From assembly GCA_008632985.1 (NCBI GenBank), contig QPGO01000117.1, forward strand, positions 62,001-126,000: a stretch of 64,000 nt of DNA, read 5' to 3'. Under the pieces are notes generated by a model. It saw nothing but the letters and a program-made list of their open reading frames with translations, was not told where the DNA came from and did not search any database. This DNA is from Psammoneis japonica. Lineage: Eukaryota. Numbering within the stretch: position 1 is the stretch's first letter; every line of letters starts with the position of its first letter. Shown here one piece after another: positions 1 through 12,400 of this stretch. A program made the translations under genes and the position numbers.

Positions 1-118
1 CTCCCTAAAAACACTTTCAACTCAATCAATGTATCAAAGACGGTATGAACTAGCAGAATCGAGTACCACGACACCTGTGTAAATACGGATGTAGTGTTAG
101 AAGTCCATGTCGAGAAAG

Positions 119-1254
119 TCACAAAATACAAATTGCAGCAACGGGTTTGTTTACCATTGGCATAGTTCCTTCTGGTCTTTCAAGTGTTTCATCCTCTGTA
201 GACTTCTCTTCAGAAAGGTCGTCGTCTTCATTCGAGTAGACGGACGACGAATCTTCAATGAACTCTGTACTATCTTCACGATCCGAGAGGTATCCACTAA
301 CTCCAGTTCGTGATATTACATCTTGATGACCATTGAGATCCATCAATGAGCCAACACTTGGGTGACTTGGTAGAGAAGCTGGTTTTTGTATCAAATTCTT
401 TCCACCGAATTCATCCAGAAAGTGAACAGCTAGAATTACAAGCACGAATGCTCCCCAAACACACCAAATGTATGACTCGTGAACACCATGGCCACCATCC
501 GTTTCTTGGTGATCCATCAAGCCACCAAATGTCAGCGGAGAAAATAATACCCGACAGACAGCCCCAGCACCATCTTCGACCTCTACCTTAAAGGCCGACA
601 TGTCACTTGACCAGCAATGTGCAAACAAGAAACAGACACCGGCAGAACACAGAGCAGAAGTCCGTACAAGTTTACGAAAGGGTCGTTGAAATGCAACCAT
701 GACGGGTCGCTTCTTTTTTCTGTGAGGATAATCTTTCAGCTCATTTCTTTGCTTGATTTCATCATAGGCATAGTACATGACACGTATAATCAGCCGTCCA
801 AAGACAAGAGCAGCAATCGTGGCAAACATCATGGGGAAAAAGAGAGCTGCCGCCGTGATTTCATTGTAGTGAGAAGAAAAGTGCGGAATCACAGTCAAAG
901 CGGTTGCCGATAAGACCCATCCGTAAAGAAGAATTGTCATGTGTGTATAAGTGGATGCCGAACGCCGCTCACGCTGAGAAAGCAACAGAGAACACACAAC
1001 ACACGAGATTGTTGGAATAGAGCCTCAAGAAAAAAGAAAGTTAGAAGCACACTACCGCATCGCAACCTTACCAATGGATTGATAAAAGCTGATGCACTCG
1101 ATCGGAAAAACAGAACCAATAATAATAACATTGTCACAGAAATCCAAGACATAAACTGCTCTTCCGTCTTGACACCAGAAAAGTCAAAGTAGGACGGCAT
1201 TGTCGTATTCCTCGCCGCTGGAACCTTTCGTTCAACTTTAATCATTGGCGACAT
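119..1254 (-). CDS. Hypothetical multi-pass membrane protein, 2 exons (1254-1072, 973-119)
   Basis: ORFs 937..1266 and 119..997 join in phase 0 over a GTAAGG...TTCTCAG intron (1071-974): ...FINPL|RERRSAS...; several hydrophobic helices and an acidic C-tail. Confidence 0.6.
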
Positions 1255-1756
1255 TTTCAATAGCAATCATATAAAGCAATCGATGATCCTTTCCTTCATA
1301 GGACGCCTTGTCGTTTGAAAACAATGCTTTGTTCTCATTCAAAAAAGGCCGTGACAAGTGTCGAAGTGTGTGATGTCGACTTCACGTGCTGGAGCTGGGA
1401 ACCCGCCAGAATGTTGAAGTGTGGCCGATTGACACGGGAAACCCGGATATTACTTGTCAGTACTATCAGCGTAGAAACCTACGGTGAGTCAGTGACTCAG
1501 TCGTGTTTTTCGAAACCGCGAACACGTAACCCACGACTGCCTCGCCATGTACTTTTGATTATTCCGATCGTTCGCGTCGCGGTCCTTCGTCCGGACCTCA
1601 TCACCGTCCCGAACTGGAACGAGTTTGAAGTTGTATGTTGCATGTTGCATCGGCCACTCTGTCACCATATGATACTTCACTTTATCATCTCTTTTGAGTG
1701 TGGCCGTTTAGCTTAGAGCCGAAAACCATAGTTTTGAGATTCAAAAGCACGCATCA

Positions 1757-2412
1757 ATGAAGAATCGCGTTGAATATCGAGGGATCAGAAGACTAACGAG
1801 TTCCGCACGCCTGAATCATCATTGCCGGTCAACACTCGTTGCAGCATCATGTCGTTTTCTTTCCGTCGGGAGTAGAGACTTCAAAATATATGGCACCATT
1901 CCAAAGCATGGCAAGGGTGTTGAAATCTCACAGTATGCAGAGGTAAAGGTCGCTTGAACTTTGATCTGCGTTCCTGTACGTAGCCGAGATTGATTCTCAA
2001 AATAGCATGCATTTTGCTCTGCTCACATGCAGGTTCAAAGAATATTCACTGCTAACGATGTCCATCAGTATGCCCATCTATTGGTGATTCGAATCCCATT
2101 CACCAAAGTACAGATGACGATCCTTCACAAGATGCTCCAATCGTTCACGGAATGCTAGTTGCATCTCTATTCTCATGCATCTTTGGCACGTTGATTCCTG
2201 GATGTATTTATCGATCACAAACCTTGCGTTTTGTGCTCCCGTGTATTTGAACGAGTTGGTGGTTGGTAGAGTCGATGTGACTCGGTAAAGGAACTCCGTG
2301 GAGGCGGGGTGTGATGGTAACGTGCGACACAAGCGTAAGTCGACACGAGGACAATGAACTTTGCATATCGGGAAAAGCAACCGTTTGGTTACCAGGTGGC
2401 ACAACAAGATAA
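1757..2412 (+). CDS. MaoC-like (R)-hydratase / hot-dog fold protein; intron 1943-2032; three apparent 1-bp frameshifts
   Basis: Manual translation across frames: QYAE|VQRIFTANDVHQYAHL-IGDSNPIH...PIVHGMLVASLFSCIFGTLIPGCIYRSQTLRFCAPVY...CISGKATVWLP*. GDxNPIH and HGML are MaoC motifs. Frame breaks near 2079, 2285 and 2308, so it is absent from the ORF track. Confidence 0.8.
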
Positions 2413-2488
2413 CAAAAGAGCTGTATCCGCAATCGTTATTGTTATTATCCAAGATACGCAACGTTGGCCTTGTTTATAATCTCCCCAT

Positions 2489-4326
2489 TTACCTTTTTCC
2501 TTTCTTATTCATAATCAAATCTCGTACTCGCCTTGGCAATTTCTTGATACGCTTTCCCGTCAGCTTGACCGACAGCAGAATTTGTTGCCGAAAACTCGTT
2601 TCATAGTTATCAATTTGACGCTCACGCTCTTTCAAGACCGTCTCCAAGGAACTCACATTATCGCGCAGCTCATAAATGACACCGTTTCGTTGTGCCACGG
2701 TATCAATGAATCGCTTTTCCATTTGTTGCGTATCTGCCATGGCGGCTTGCTTTTGTCCCTTGAAATCTTCCATTGTTTGGCTGTTTTACGAATTTCCTCA
2801 TTGGCGGCATCCAGATTGGATTGCATTTCGGCAATCGTCATGTCCTTATCGGCAAGTTTGGCTTCATACTTTTCCGTCAGACGCCGCTTTTCTTTTCTGG
2901 CATTATTCTTGGTGGCCACCAGCATGCTTGTCATTTCTTCTCGAATCTTGTGAAAGCGTTTATTCATTTGGCTCGCCTTGAGTTTGCGCAGCCGCACACC
3001 TTCGGCGATTTGTTCTTGCAACTCCTCCTTTTCTCGTTCGAACCGTTGCGTTTCATTGGCAAGCTCCGTTTCGACTTGAGCGATACGACTCTTCTCTTCC
3101 TCGATCCGATCCAACAGTGTCGCCTTTTCCGCCAAGAATCGTTCTTGTTCTCTCTCGAGAGTTTCCACCATGTCGTTCAATTTTCCCTTTTCGATTTGAA
3201 TCTCTCCCTCCAATTCAGCCTTTTCCGTTTGAAACCTTACCAATTCCGAAGCGAGTTTGTTGCTGGCCTCGACAAGTTTAGCTTTTTCCTGCTCAATAAT
3301 AATTCCCAAATCGGCCTTGTCTTTTAAAAGCTTGTCCTTTTCCGCCTTCCATCTCGACTCGGTCCGCGCCACGGAATCGGCTTGTTTTTGAATCTTGTCT
3401 TCTAGCGCCAATTTCTCCCGCTGAAAGGTTTGCTGTTCCGATTGAAGCTGTTGCGTCATTTTGTCAAGCTTGTCGGCTTCGGTTTGAATCTTTTTTTCTA
3501 ATTCCTTGCGTTCCTCTTGAAATTTGGCCTGCTCCTTTTCAAAGTCCCGTTCCACCTGTTTCAATCGAGCCTTTTCGTCCTCGATGCGCTGTCCGAGATT
3601 GTTCTTTTCCTTTTCAAATTCCATTTGTTCAAACTCCAGCATGTCTTCGGCATTGAGCAAACGCGTCTTTATATCTTGCGCACCCTGACGCTCTTCTGCT
3701 AAAATTTCATTCGCCTTTTCCAAAGCCAACTTCAAATCATCCACTTGCTCTTGCAATTCCGCTTGACGCGCTTGCGCCTCTTCTTGTGCTTGTCGTTTCG
3801 CTTCTTCAATTTCTTGATCCTTATCTTGGAGAGACGATGTAAATTCGGCAATACGAGCGGCAAGCGTTGCCTTTTCTGCGGCCCACACGTCACGACCCGA
3901 TTTGAGCAAGCGTTCCTTTTCTTTCAGTTCGACTTGAGCGTTTTGCAACGCGTCTTCAATGGCTTCGACACGCTTTTTCGCATACACGGCACGCTCGTTG
4001 GCTTGTTGCGCACTGTTTTTTAATTCGTACACTGTCGCTTTCAATACGTCCATGGTGCCTTGCTCTTCCTCTTCTTCCTCGTCAGTAGCATTTTCTTCAG
4101 TGGCTACAAAAAAATCATTGGGATCGGCAGCAGTCGTCGGCTTGTCGTTCTTTGCACCTTCTTGGGGATCCCAATTAAAGAGGGATCTGCGTGCTGTTGT
4201 AAGACTTGTTGGCGCTGTTGGTGGGTTGAATACATTGACAAAAGAGCGGCCACTGCTACCAGTGGTAAAGGCATCACTCCCTGTTGCCGCCACGAGCAGC
4301 ACAAGGGCCGACGGGTGAATCCTCAT
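2489..4326 (-). CDS. Long coiled-coil protein with probable bipartite plastid-targeting presequence; one apparent frameshift near 2775
   Basis: MRIHPSALVLLVAATGSDAF (signal peptide ending in an ASAF-like site) then a S/T-rich transit-like segment and an E/K/Q heptad region; the coiled coil continues in ORF 2489..2773 after a missing base. Confidence 0.75.
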
Positions 4327-4842
4327 GGTGCTAATATTGAAAAAATTGTTGGAGGGAAAGGAACGCGGAAGATCTGTGGGCCGAAGTGACGTACGTAAAT
4401 TCATACCACAACATGCGTACGTAGAATGCCACGTACGATTTTTTCAAAAAATGATTCGCTCAATTTCCGGGTGTCTTCTGCAACTGCCACACAACAAACA
4501 ATAAAGGAGCATGGATTCATTTGAAGGACAATCAGGAGTTTTTTTAAAGGTGCGGGGGAAAATGTACATAAAAGGTGCAAGCTGTGTACTCATTGCTCAT
4601 TGCTCATGCTGCGATTGACTCTGAACTCCCTGCCTTTCGAAGGTGCGCGGATTCAAAGCGCCTCGCGCGTGCGCGCAATTGCGTCACGACAACCCGGATT
4701 CCGGAGATTCGCATTTTTTGAGATTTGAGATTGATGTTGAATGTGGAGCATCCGCATGCAAATGGGACGCCATCATGAACGTCGATTGAACTGTCTACCC
4801 ATTCTGTGTGATAAACATTCTAGCGAGGTTTCCTGCGAGAAA

Positions 4843-6966
4843 ATGAAAAAGATGTGGCGTTGCCGTTCAAAGACAAGTCTGCTGTTTCTCATGGTATCTT
4901 TTCTTCGAGAAAGATACCCCTGCTCTTGTGCCGCGACTGCGGCCTTTGTCTCGCACAAACATACTTTCGAACCGAGATCATTTAGGCGCAGAGCCTTCTA
5001 TGGGTCATATTTTCTTTTCTCAACAACGAGTAAAGTTGAAAAATCATCGCAGGCAAAGGAAGCGAACAAACCGCATAATCCCTGGGCAGCAAACGATGGA
5101 GATTTACTTCGCCGAGTCTACTCCAAGAAACGAGTCAACAGCCTCGACAGAACCCCAGATTATATTGTCATTGGGAGCGGCATTGGAGGCTTGTGGCTGG
5201 CTGCCGCACTCGCCAAATTCAATCGAACTTGTCTGGTGTTGGAACAGCACTACACGGCCGGCGGACTCCAGCATACATTTCAACGCGGTGGCTACGAATT
5301 TGTCCCGGGCCTACATTACATTGCCAACTTGCCTCTGTGTGCACCACTTTATCAAATGGTGGCGGACAATAGCACAACAAACATTGTGTACAAGCGAGCA
5401 GGAGATTCTGTTCCGGCAGATGAGCACGCCTTGTCCTCGCACGACTTGAAAATTGGAGACTTGCCCATTATGCATGTACGCGAGGGTGTTTCGAATGCTC
5501 GAGAGGAGCTGTGTAAACACTTTCCAGAGGAATCGTCTGCTATAGATGAGTTTCTCCGAATTATGGAACGAGCCAAGTGGCAGGCCGGGCAGTACAGCAC
5601 ATTTAAAATATTTCCTCGTTGGCTGCAGTTTATCATGAGTCAGCTTGTTTGTAGCACCTATATCCGGTATGCAAGTATGACAACGGAGGAAGCTCTTTCC
5701 GAATTGACAAGCGACGGCAGACTCAAGACGGTACTGAGTGCATTTGGAGGGGATCTCGGTGAGAGCATCACAGAAGGATCATTTGCAATGCAAGCTGCCG
5801 TACTTGGACACGTGCTTGAAGGCTGCTCATACCCCGAAGGTGGGCCGCCCCAGTTTGCGCGAGGTCTTGTGCCGCCGATTCGCCGCGTTGGTGGCGACGT
5901 GCTTGTCAAAGCTCGAGTCGACCAGATACTGATTGAAAACGGCCGGGCAACTGGAGTCAGAATGACCAACGGGGACGTTCTTCGAAGCAAACTTGGTGTG
6001 GTGAGTGATGCTGGAATGGGAACTACTTTGTTCAAGCTTCTACCAAAGAACATAGTACAAGGACCACTGAAAAACTTGGCAGCTTCGGTGAAGCGATCGA
6101 GTGGTGGAATCAGTCACGTTTTCACCTTTGTTGGTTTCAATGCGACCAATGAAGAGCTTGGACTCCGTTCTTCTAGTTTCTACTACATTCCATGCAGCAC
6201 AAGCAAGGATATGGACGCCTCTGCGATTCAAGACTTTTATAGAGATACTCTACTCGATCCCAATGTCCCTGATGTCTCAGCTGGTATTGTCTTTGCTTCT
6301 GCCAAGGATCCATACTATTCGTCCGTTACCATGCCGTCCAAGTCAACTGCTATTATTTTCTCCGAAGCAAGAGATAGCGACTTTGCCGATCTTCTGGAGA
6401 AGGATGAAGGGTGGCACCATTGTGGTGCAGGACGGCGAAACAAGCGAACCGATCGGTACTTGGAAGCGAAGAAAGTGATTCAAGACAAAATGATGCGTTC
6501 GCTTCTGCTCAACTTCCCTCAGGTCGAGCCGCATGTGGAGGTGGTTGAAGTGGCAACTCCATTGACCATGCTGGATTACACGCTTCGGACGGATACACTG
6601 GGGTTGAGACATACGCCGGACCGCATGTGTGACATGGAGCTTCGTCCTGACTGCAACGTGCCTGGACTCTACTTCACGGGACAAGATGTTAGCTTTGCGG
6701 GATGGGCAGGTGCGTTGACAGGGGCGATGGTTACAACGCAAAAGTTGCTCGGCTATACATTGTTTGATTTCATGAATAAGAAAACTCTCATGCGAGATCT
6801 TGGTGGTGGGGATGTGGAAGACATGATTCAGAGCAAGGTGGCAGCCGGCGTTGCGAGTACTCCACTCGAAGTGTGTTTTGAAGTGTTATTGAATGCCCGA
6901 CGACATCTTGCACTACGCTCAAGTAGTTCTAATGCGAGCAGAAACCAAAGCAATAAACCCGAATGA
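4843..6966 (+). CDS. FAD-dependent oxidoreductase, retinol saturase / phytoene desaturase-carotenoid isomerase family (start uncertain)
   Basis: DYIVIGSGIGGL...LVLEQHYTAGG Rossmann motif, YPEGG, and C-terminal VPGLYFTGQD...GALTGA typical of RETSAT-like proteins. Confidence 0.85.
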   Translation: MKKMWRCRSKTSLLFLMVSFLRERYPCSCAATAAFVSHKHTFEPRSFRRRAFYGSYFLFSTTSKVEKSSQAKEANKPHNPWAANDGDLLRRVYSKKRVNSLDRTPDYIVIGSGIGGLWLAAALAKFNRTCLVLEQHYTAGGLQHTFQRGGYEFVPGLHYIANLPLCAPLYQMVADNSTTNIVYKRAGDSVPADEHALSSHDLKIGDLPIMHVREGVSNAREELCKHFPEESSAIDEFLRIMERAKWQAGQYSTFKIFPRWLQFIMSQLVCSTYIRYASMTTEEALSELTSDGRLKTVLSAFGGDLGESITEGSFAMQAAVLGHVLEGCSYPEGGPPQFARGLVPPIRRVGGDVLVKARVDQILIENGRATGVRMTNGDVLRSKLGVVSDAGMGTTLFKLLPKNIVQGPLKNLAASVKRSSGGISHVFTFVGFNATNEELGLRSSSFYYIPCSTSKDMDASAIQDFYRDTLLDPNVPDVSAGIVFASAKDPYYSSVTMPSKSTAIIFSEARDSDFADLLEKDEGWHHCGAGRRNKRTDRYLEAKKVIQDKMMRSLLLNFPQVEPHVEVVEVATPLTMLDYTLRTDTLGLRHTPDRMCDMELRPDCNVPGLYFTGQDVSFAGWAGALTGAMVTTQKLLGYTLFDFMNKKTLMRDLGGGDVEDMIQSKVAAGVASTPLEVCFEVLLNARRHLALRSSSSNASRNQSNKPE

Positions 6967-6984
6967 ACGAAGGAACCTCTCCTC

Positions 6985-7157
6985 GTGCCCTACCGGCGAT
7001 GAGGGGCAAGCTCAGGCTGCTGGTAACCGTGTGTTCGCGCTTCAGTAGACATAGCGGTTGAGCGGGTCGGGTTAGGCCATTAAGTCCTACCTATCCCCGA
7101 ACGAGTCTCCGAGGGGAATCCATTATGCCTAAGGACTTCGACCAGCACCAGCTTAAC
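6985..7157 (-). ncRNA. Structured ncRNA, candidate telomerase RNA
   Basis: Minus-strand CCUAACCC (7076-7069) complementary to TTAGGG repeats; upstream stem 7132-7138/7082-7088; downstream pseudoknot-compatible stems; enclosing helix 7141-7154/7008-7024; 3' hairpin TGCCC/GGGCA (6986-6990/7004-7008). Confidence 0.5.
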
Positions 7158-7360
7158 ACAAAGAAACCCAGACTATTCGTATGCATACAACAATACGTTC
7201 AACAGCATCGATGCTTGGGGTCGACGATAGTTGCTGTGACCCACGAAGAAAGCAAAACATTAGATCGCACATAAAAAGGGGGGTTGAAGTAAACAATAAG
7301 TGCACATTCGTGTCCAGAGATTTCTTACATTCTCGGCTTAATCACTTTTGCCCGACACCA

Positions 7361-8946
7361 CTACCAATACCGAAGTTTCACTGATTTCTCCTCGCCGTCA
7401 TTCGAATTCAGCTCGTCGTACAAGCCACCCAAAGTGTGCTTCTCGAGCTCTGTCGTATTGTCCTTGACCCGATTCCAGTATTCAGGGTAGCCATGATTCA
7501 TGCGGTACCCTTTTGCACACAACCCGAGAGTTAGAACGAAGCACAGCGCACTCATTATAACGACAAGCACGCGTGCTGCGACCTTGGCCCAGTCGCTCCA
7601 TAGAGTGCGGCAATACGTGGGCCTTGGGTTGGCGTGGACAAAGACACAGCTTTTGCTGGCGTAGAGAACTAATCCAATGCCAACATGACGAAATATCTTA
7701 TGCTGCGTAAACATTAAGAAAAACAAAGGACAGACGAGATCAGGTGGCAACAGCATTAACGGATCCCGCGGGACCACTGTCACTGGATCCATGTCGTTGG
7801 CGACCCGAAGTAAGCGAAGGTGGCCCGAATCCTCCAGGAACTGTGCACAACAAGAAATGTGGTGTTAAGTTCGCATTAGTTCGCAATGAGTGGAAAACTG
7901 GTTGGATCTCTTTCGTTACATACCTGTAGAGCAGCGCGAAAGGACAGGTTCCCAATCTTGGGCGACGCAAAACTAATGGCGGTGACTCGTTTGGAGAGTT
8001 CACTTGCCGCAAAGAATGAAAAGAGGGTGCATAGTGCCCCTCCCAAGCTATGGCCTGTGATCCATAAACTATAATCATCATATTGCTCCATGAGGGAACG
8101 CAAGTTCTCCATAATCACTGCATACTTGCCTCTGGGCTTGGCCGTCTCTTCTTTGTTGTATTCCGCGTCGAACAAATAGTCATAAAAGCCCTTGTGCAGT
8201 GTAATTATAGGTTTGACACGACTCTTCACCTTTGGGTCGGCAGACTCAAAGTCACTTCTTTTAACAACAGGATTGTCAACTTTGAATGGGACAGCTTTTG
8301 CATCTGCAATAAAATCTTGGGACGTGATGGACCCACGAAAGCTCAACACGATGCGTTTACGAGCATGGTCCAGACGAATGGCATACACCAGTTCTGTTTC
8401 CGATCGTTCGTCGTCAAAGAGAACAATTTCTCCAGCCGTTGGATTTCCTTCTTCGTCGTTGCCTGGCAATTTCTCGTGGTACGAGGCCAAGTACTCCAAA
8501 TGTGCATCGTGTCGACGTTCACCATGCAGCGTTTTCAGCTCGTCCGCGTGATCAAGAACGATCTTTTCCACAGACGCAGTTTCAAGCGGCATTTGCAATA
8601 AGGTCCTGCTTGCTTCTTCATCCTTGTCGAAAAGAGTCAGCGGAAGTTTGTTTCCTCGTTGTAGGCAAACATCTCTTAATTCTGACAGAAGGTACATCAT
8701 AATCGCGTCTGCAAGAAGTACACGCACATCATCATGGACAGTGGGCTCAACCAACGACGGCACCTCGCTCTGTGCTCCCGTAAACACTTCCTCTGCGGCT
8801 TTGACCGGGTGTTGCGCGATCTCTGCCGCTTTGGCTGGGGTTTCTCTGACAACTCCACGGATGCTATCTCTCGCGCCTTGCATCGCTCTGACGGGTCGCG
8901 GAGGAGCCTTTCCGGCGGCGGTTGGATCCAGTTTGCGTTGCTTCAT
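7361..8946 (-). CDS. Class 3 lipase, 2 exons (8946-7924, 7840-7361)
   Basis: IVLSFRGS, LHKGFYDYL, WITGHSLGGAL, SFASPKIGN; GTATGT...CACAG intron 7923-7841 joins to FLEDSGHLRLLRVANDMDPVTVVP. Confidence 0.9.
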
Positions 8947-9483
8947 GGTTTTTTAAAATACATAAACCAAGAAGTTCTCGTCCGTCTCGACTTTCCTAAT
9001 GTCGTTATGAAACACCGAAGCACAACAATCGACAATCAATCATCCCATCGTCGTTTCAAGGGCATGTTGGGCATGATCGATGATCGACGCAGAAAGATAT
9101 TCCCGGTTTTTTTCTGGCATGTTGATGTTGCGGGGCTTCATGAAATCACGCGCTTACTCTCATGATGACGTCACGAGCTCAAAACCCATTGCCTCATGAT
9201 GTTTGGTCGTGATCCGCGATCAATCAAGTCGTTTGGATCAAATCTGGATAAACCCGGAGGTGTGTCATCGTCTGACGATGACGACGCGCCGCCGGCCGTC
9301 GCTCGCTCACTTCTCACTCTCATTGTTGCCGTGGACTTGTGCTGTGGATGAGGAGGAAACTAGCCCTAGCTACTGACATTGCTGTTGAGGTACCTGTTGA
9401 TTGGTTGAGAGTTCCGGTTTGTCGTTGCAGAGAAGAGCAGAGTCGATAGATTTTTGGGAACGGATTCCGGATCTTCTCACAAC

Positions 9484-12400
9484 ATGAGTGACACGGAGGA
9501 ATCCGACTTGCTTCTCCCATTAAACAATGGCGATTCTGACTTGGAACAGGGTGATGACTTTGACAGCGATTATGATTTTGAATTTGCATCAGGCGATCCC
9601 AACGGTTTGTCGCAACAAGGGCGAGCAGATCATCTTCAGACGCTCCTCATGACGCGAAAGACGACCGTCAAGTACCTTGACCGCAAAATGCGAGATGACT
9701 CCTCTTCAGCATCATCTGAATTCTTGACGGGTCAAGCCTATCTCTCCGAGACGACGAAGCAACGAGCTCGACATGAACATGTTGTTCTCCAGAGAGTAGA
9801 GCAGTACCTAAGAGAACTCAAGCGGTACTTTGACCTTGACGCAAACACTGTTGAAATTCACATGAAGGAGTTTTGCTATTCTGCAAAGGTGAATCCTTCC
9901 ACACAGACGATACACACTGTTTATAATAGAGGAATATGCTACAAACTGTCCAAGTGGCTGGAACGACGACGAAGTGGAATACCGACACGGATAGAAAAGG
10001 TTGACAAAGTGATTCTCGACAAGATTAACCTTGTTCTCAAGCCCTCCAAAATGTACTTGGTGCTTGGTCCGCCTGGCAGTGGCAAGACCAGTTTATTGAA
10101 ATCCATAGCTGGAAGGCTCCCCATGTCGAATGGTGAAACGACAGAGGGATCTGTTACGTACAATGGTCTATCCTTGGAGGACAAATCCGACGTACACATT
10201 GAGAATGCGATATCGTTCATCGGTCAGAGTGATGATCATCATTCTCGACTCACTGTGGAGGAGACGTTTGAGTTTGCTTGGGAGTGTAGGACGGGAGCAA
10301 CGCATGCTGCCAAGGAATACGTTCTTGGCACGTCGGCGGAAAAGCTTATTCGGAAACTCGACGCGGAAAAGGCCGACGTGAAAGCAAAGCTCGACGCCTT
10401 GGACTTGGGACATGTTGCACACACGTTTGTCGGTGACTCGGAAGTACGAGGTGTCAGTGGTGGACAGAGACGTCGCGTGTCGGTAGGAGAAATGATGCCA
10501 CTGACGACCGCACCCGTACTTTGCGGCGATGAGATCACTACCGGGCTGGATGCAAATTCGGCATATCAGCTACTTTTCTTGTTGATGCATTACACCCGGC
10601 TCCACAAAATGACAAGAATCATTTCACTGCTTCAACCCACTCCTGAAACGGTGTCGTTATTTGACGATGTTATTCTGCTGGCGGAAGGAAAAATACTGTA
10701 CACTGGTCCAATTGGGAATGTCGAAAGTTACTTTGCCTCTTTGGGTTATCACCCACCGGATCAGATGGACATTGCTGATTTTCTTCAAATGATTCCCACA
10801 CCGGATGGCGAGCAGCTGTTTAATCCTTCTCCAGAACAGAGGGCAGTCCGCGACAGGCCGTACAGTATTGATGAGCTTGCTGAGAAATTTCGGGAGAGCT
10901 ATCACTTCAAACGAATTGCGGCAGAGTTGGCAAAGGACAAGGAAAGCTACCAGCATCAATGGAAGGATGTCATTGCGGGAGGTGGTTGGTCACGAGCAAT
11001 AATGCAAACGAGTTTGAAGAGGAAGTATGCCAACTCGTTCTTCTGGTCGGCGTGGTTGCTGTTCAAAAGGAACATAATTTTGTGGCTTCGCGACCGACGT
11101 TTCCTCATTGTGAACTTTATCAAGAACGTAATAATGGGCCTCAGCGTTGGCGGTGTCTTTTTCCATACAGAAGCAATCTCCTCCATTTACGGCGCTTTGT
11201 TCCAGCTTAACCTTTTCATCATGCTTGGGGCAATGGTCGTTGTTCCCGATCAAGTTGCGCATCGAAGTATCTTCTACAAGCATTTGGAAGCCAATTTTTA
11301 CGGGGCGTTCCCTTACGTGTTGGGTCGGGCGCTTGCGCTGCTTCCTCAGGTACGACCTTGTGGTAAAAATTCACATTCACTGCAATTTGCCTTCCACGGT
11401 GATTCTGAGAAGATTTCGTTCAACCCTACCTTCTAATTCGAATTGCTTTTGCCTCTTTGTTACTCAGACGTTTATTGATATCATGATTTTTGGCTCTATC
11501 ATTTACTGGATGGTGGGTCTGGCTCCGACGGGTCAGCATTTCTTCATCTACATTGCTATTCTTTTTATTTTCTCGCTTGTCATGAATCAGATGCTTTCGA
11601 TCTTTGCCACGATCGCAAAGACAAAGATGGGAGTACAAGGTGCCGGTTCGTGTGTTCTTCTGCTGCTTATTTTGACGTGTGGGTTCATTGTGACGCCCGA
11701 CAACATCCCGGCCTACTACAAGTGGATCTACTGGTGTAATCCCTTGGCATGGGCCTATCGAGGACTCCTTGTCAATGAATTTTCCTATTCAGGGTACGAC
11801 ATCGTCAGCCCAATAACTGGACGGCGCATTGGAGATGACATTCTCGTGACCACCGGATTTGTCGATGGGTTTGGCGACCCGTTTCGGCAAGATTGGATTG
11901 CGTACTCCTTTGCCTTCATGGTTCCCTTTTGGACTGTCTGTACCATCATTTCAGGGCTGTGTCTCAAGTTCATTCGAGTTGAAGGCGTGAGCAGCAACGT
12001 CACTTCAATGCATGTTTCAACTGATAGTTCGGGTAAAACCAACGGCCATTCCTCGAGCGATGAACTTGCGGGGAAAACAGATCGTGGTACCGAGCTGACG
12101 ATTCCATTCAAACCAGTCACTCTAAGCTTTCAAAACGTTTGCTATGAAGTGACTGCCTCGAAGAGAACGGAAACTCTGAGACTACTCAACAACGTCGACG
12201 GATTGTTTCAGTCCGGTAAAATGATCGCATTGATGGGAAGCAGTGGTAGCGGGAAGACTACCCTATTGGTAAGTGGTTTTCTCTGACCGTACCCAAAGGG
12301 TTTGAAATCGCTTTCACTGACGCTTTTGGCTTGTAGGACGTTCTTGCGATGAGGAAGAACATTGGAAGAATCACAGGTGATGTCCGCGTCAATGGGTTCC

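Noticed and set aside
6967..7160. SECIS element, TPP riboswitch, SRP RNA, RNase MRP/P or spliceosomal snRNA
   Set aside because: Diagnostic motifs not found (no CUGAGA/AUACC TPP core, SRP helix-8 motif, distant P4 pairing or snRNA 5' signature); kept only as a telomerase-RNA candidate.
9166..9173. TGACGTCA bZIP/aureochrome-type site in the lipase/ABCG divergent promoter
   Set aside because: A single 8-mer is expected by chance about once in 64 kb; no supporting evidence.
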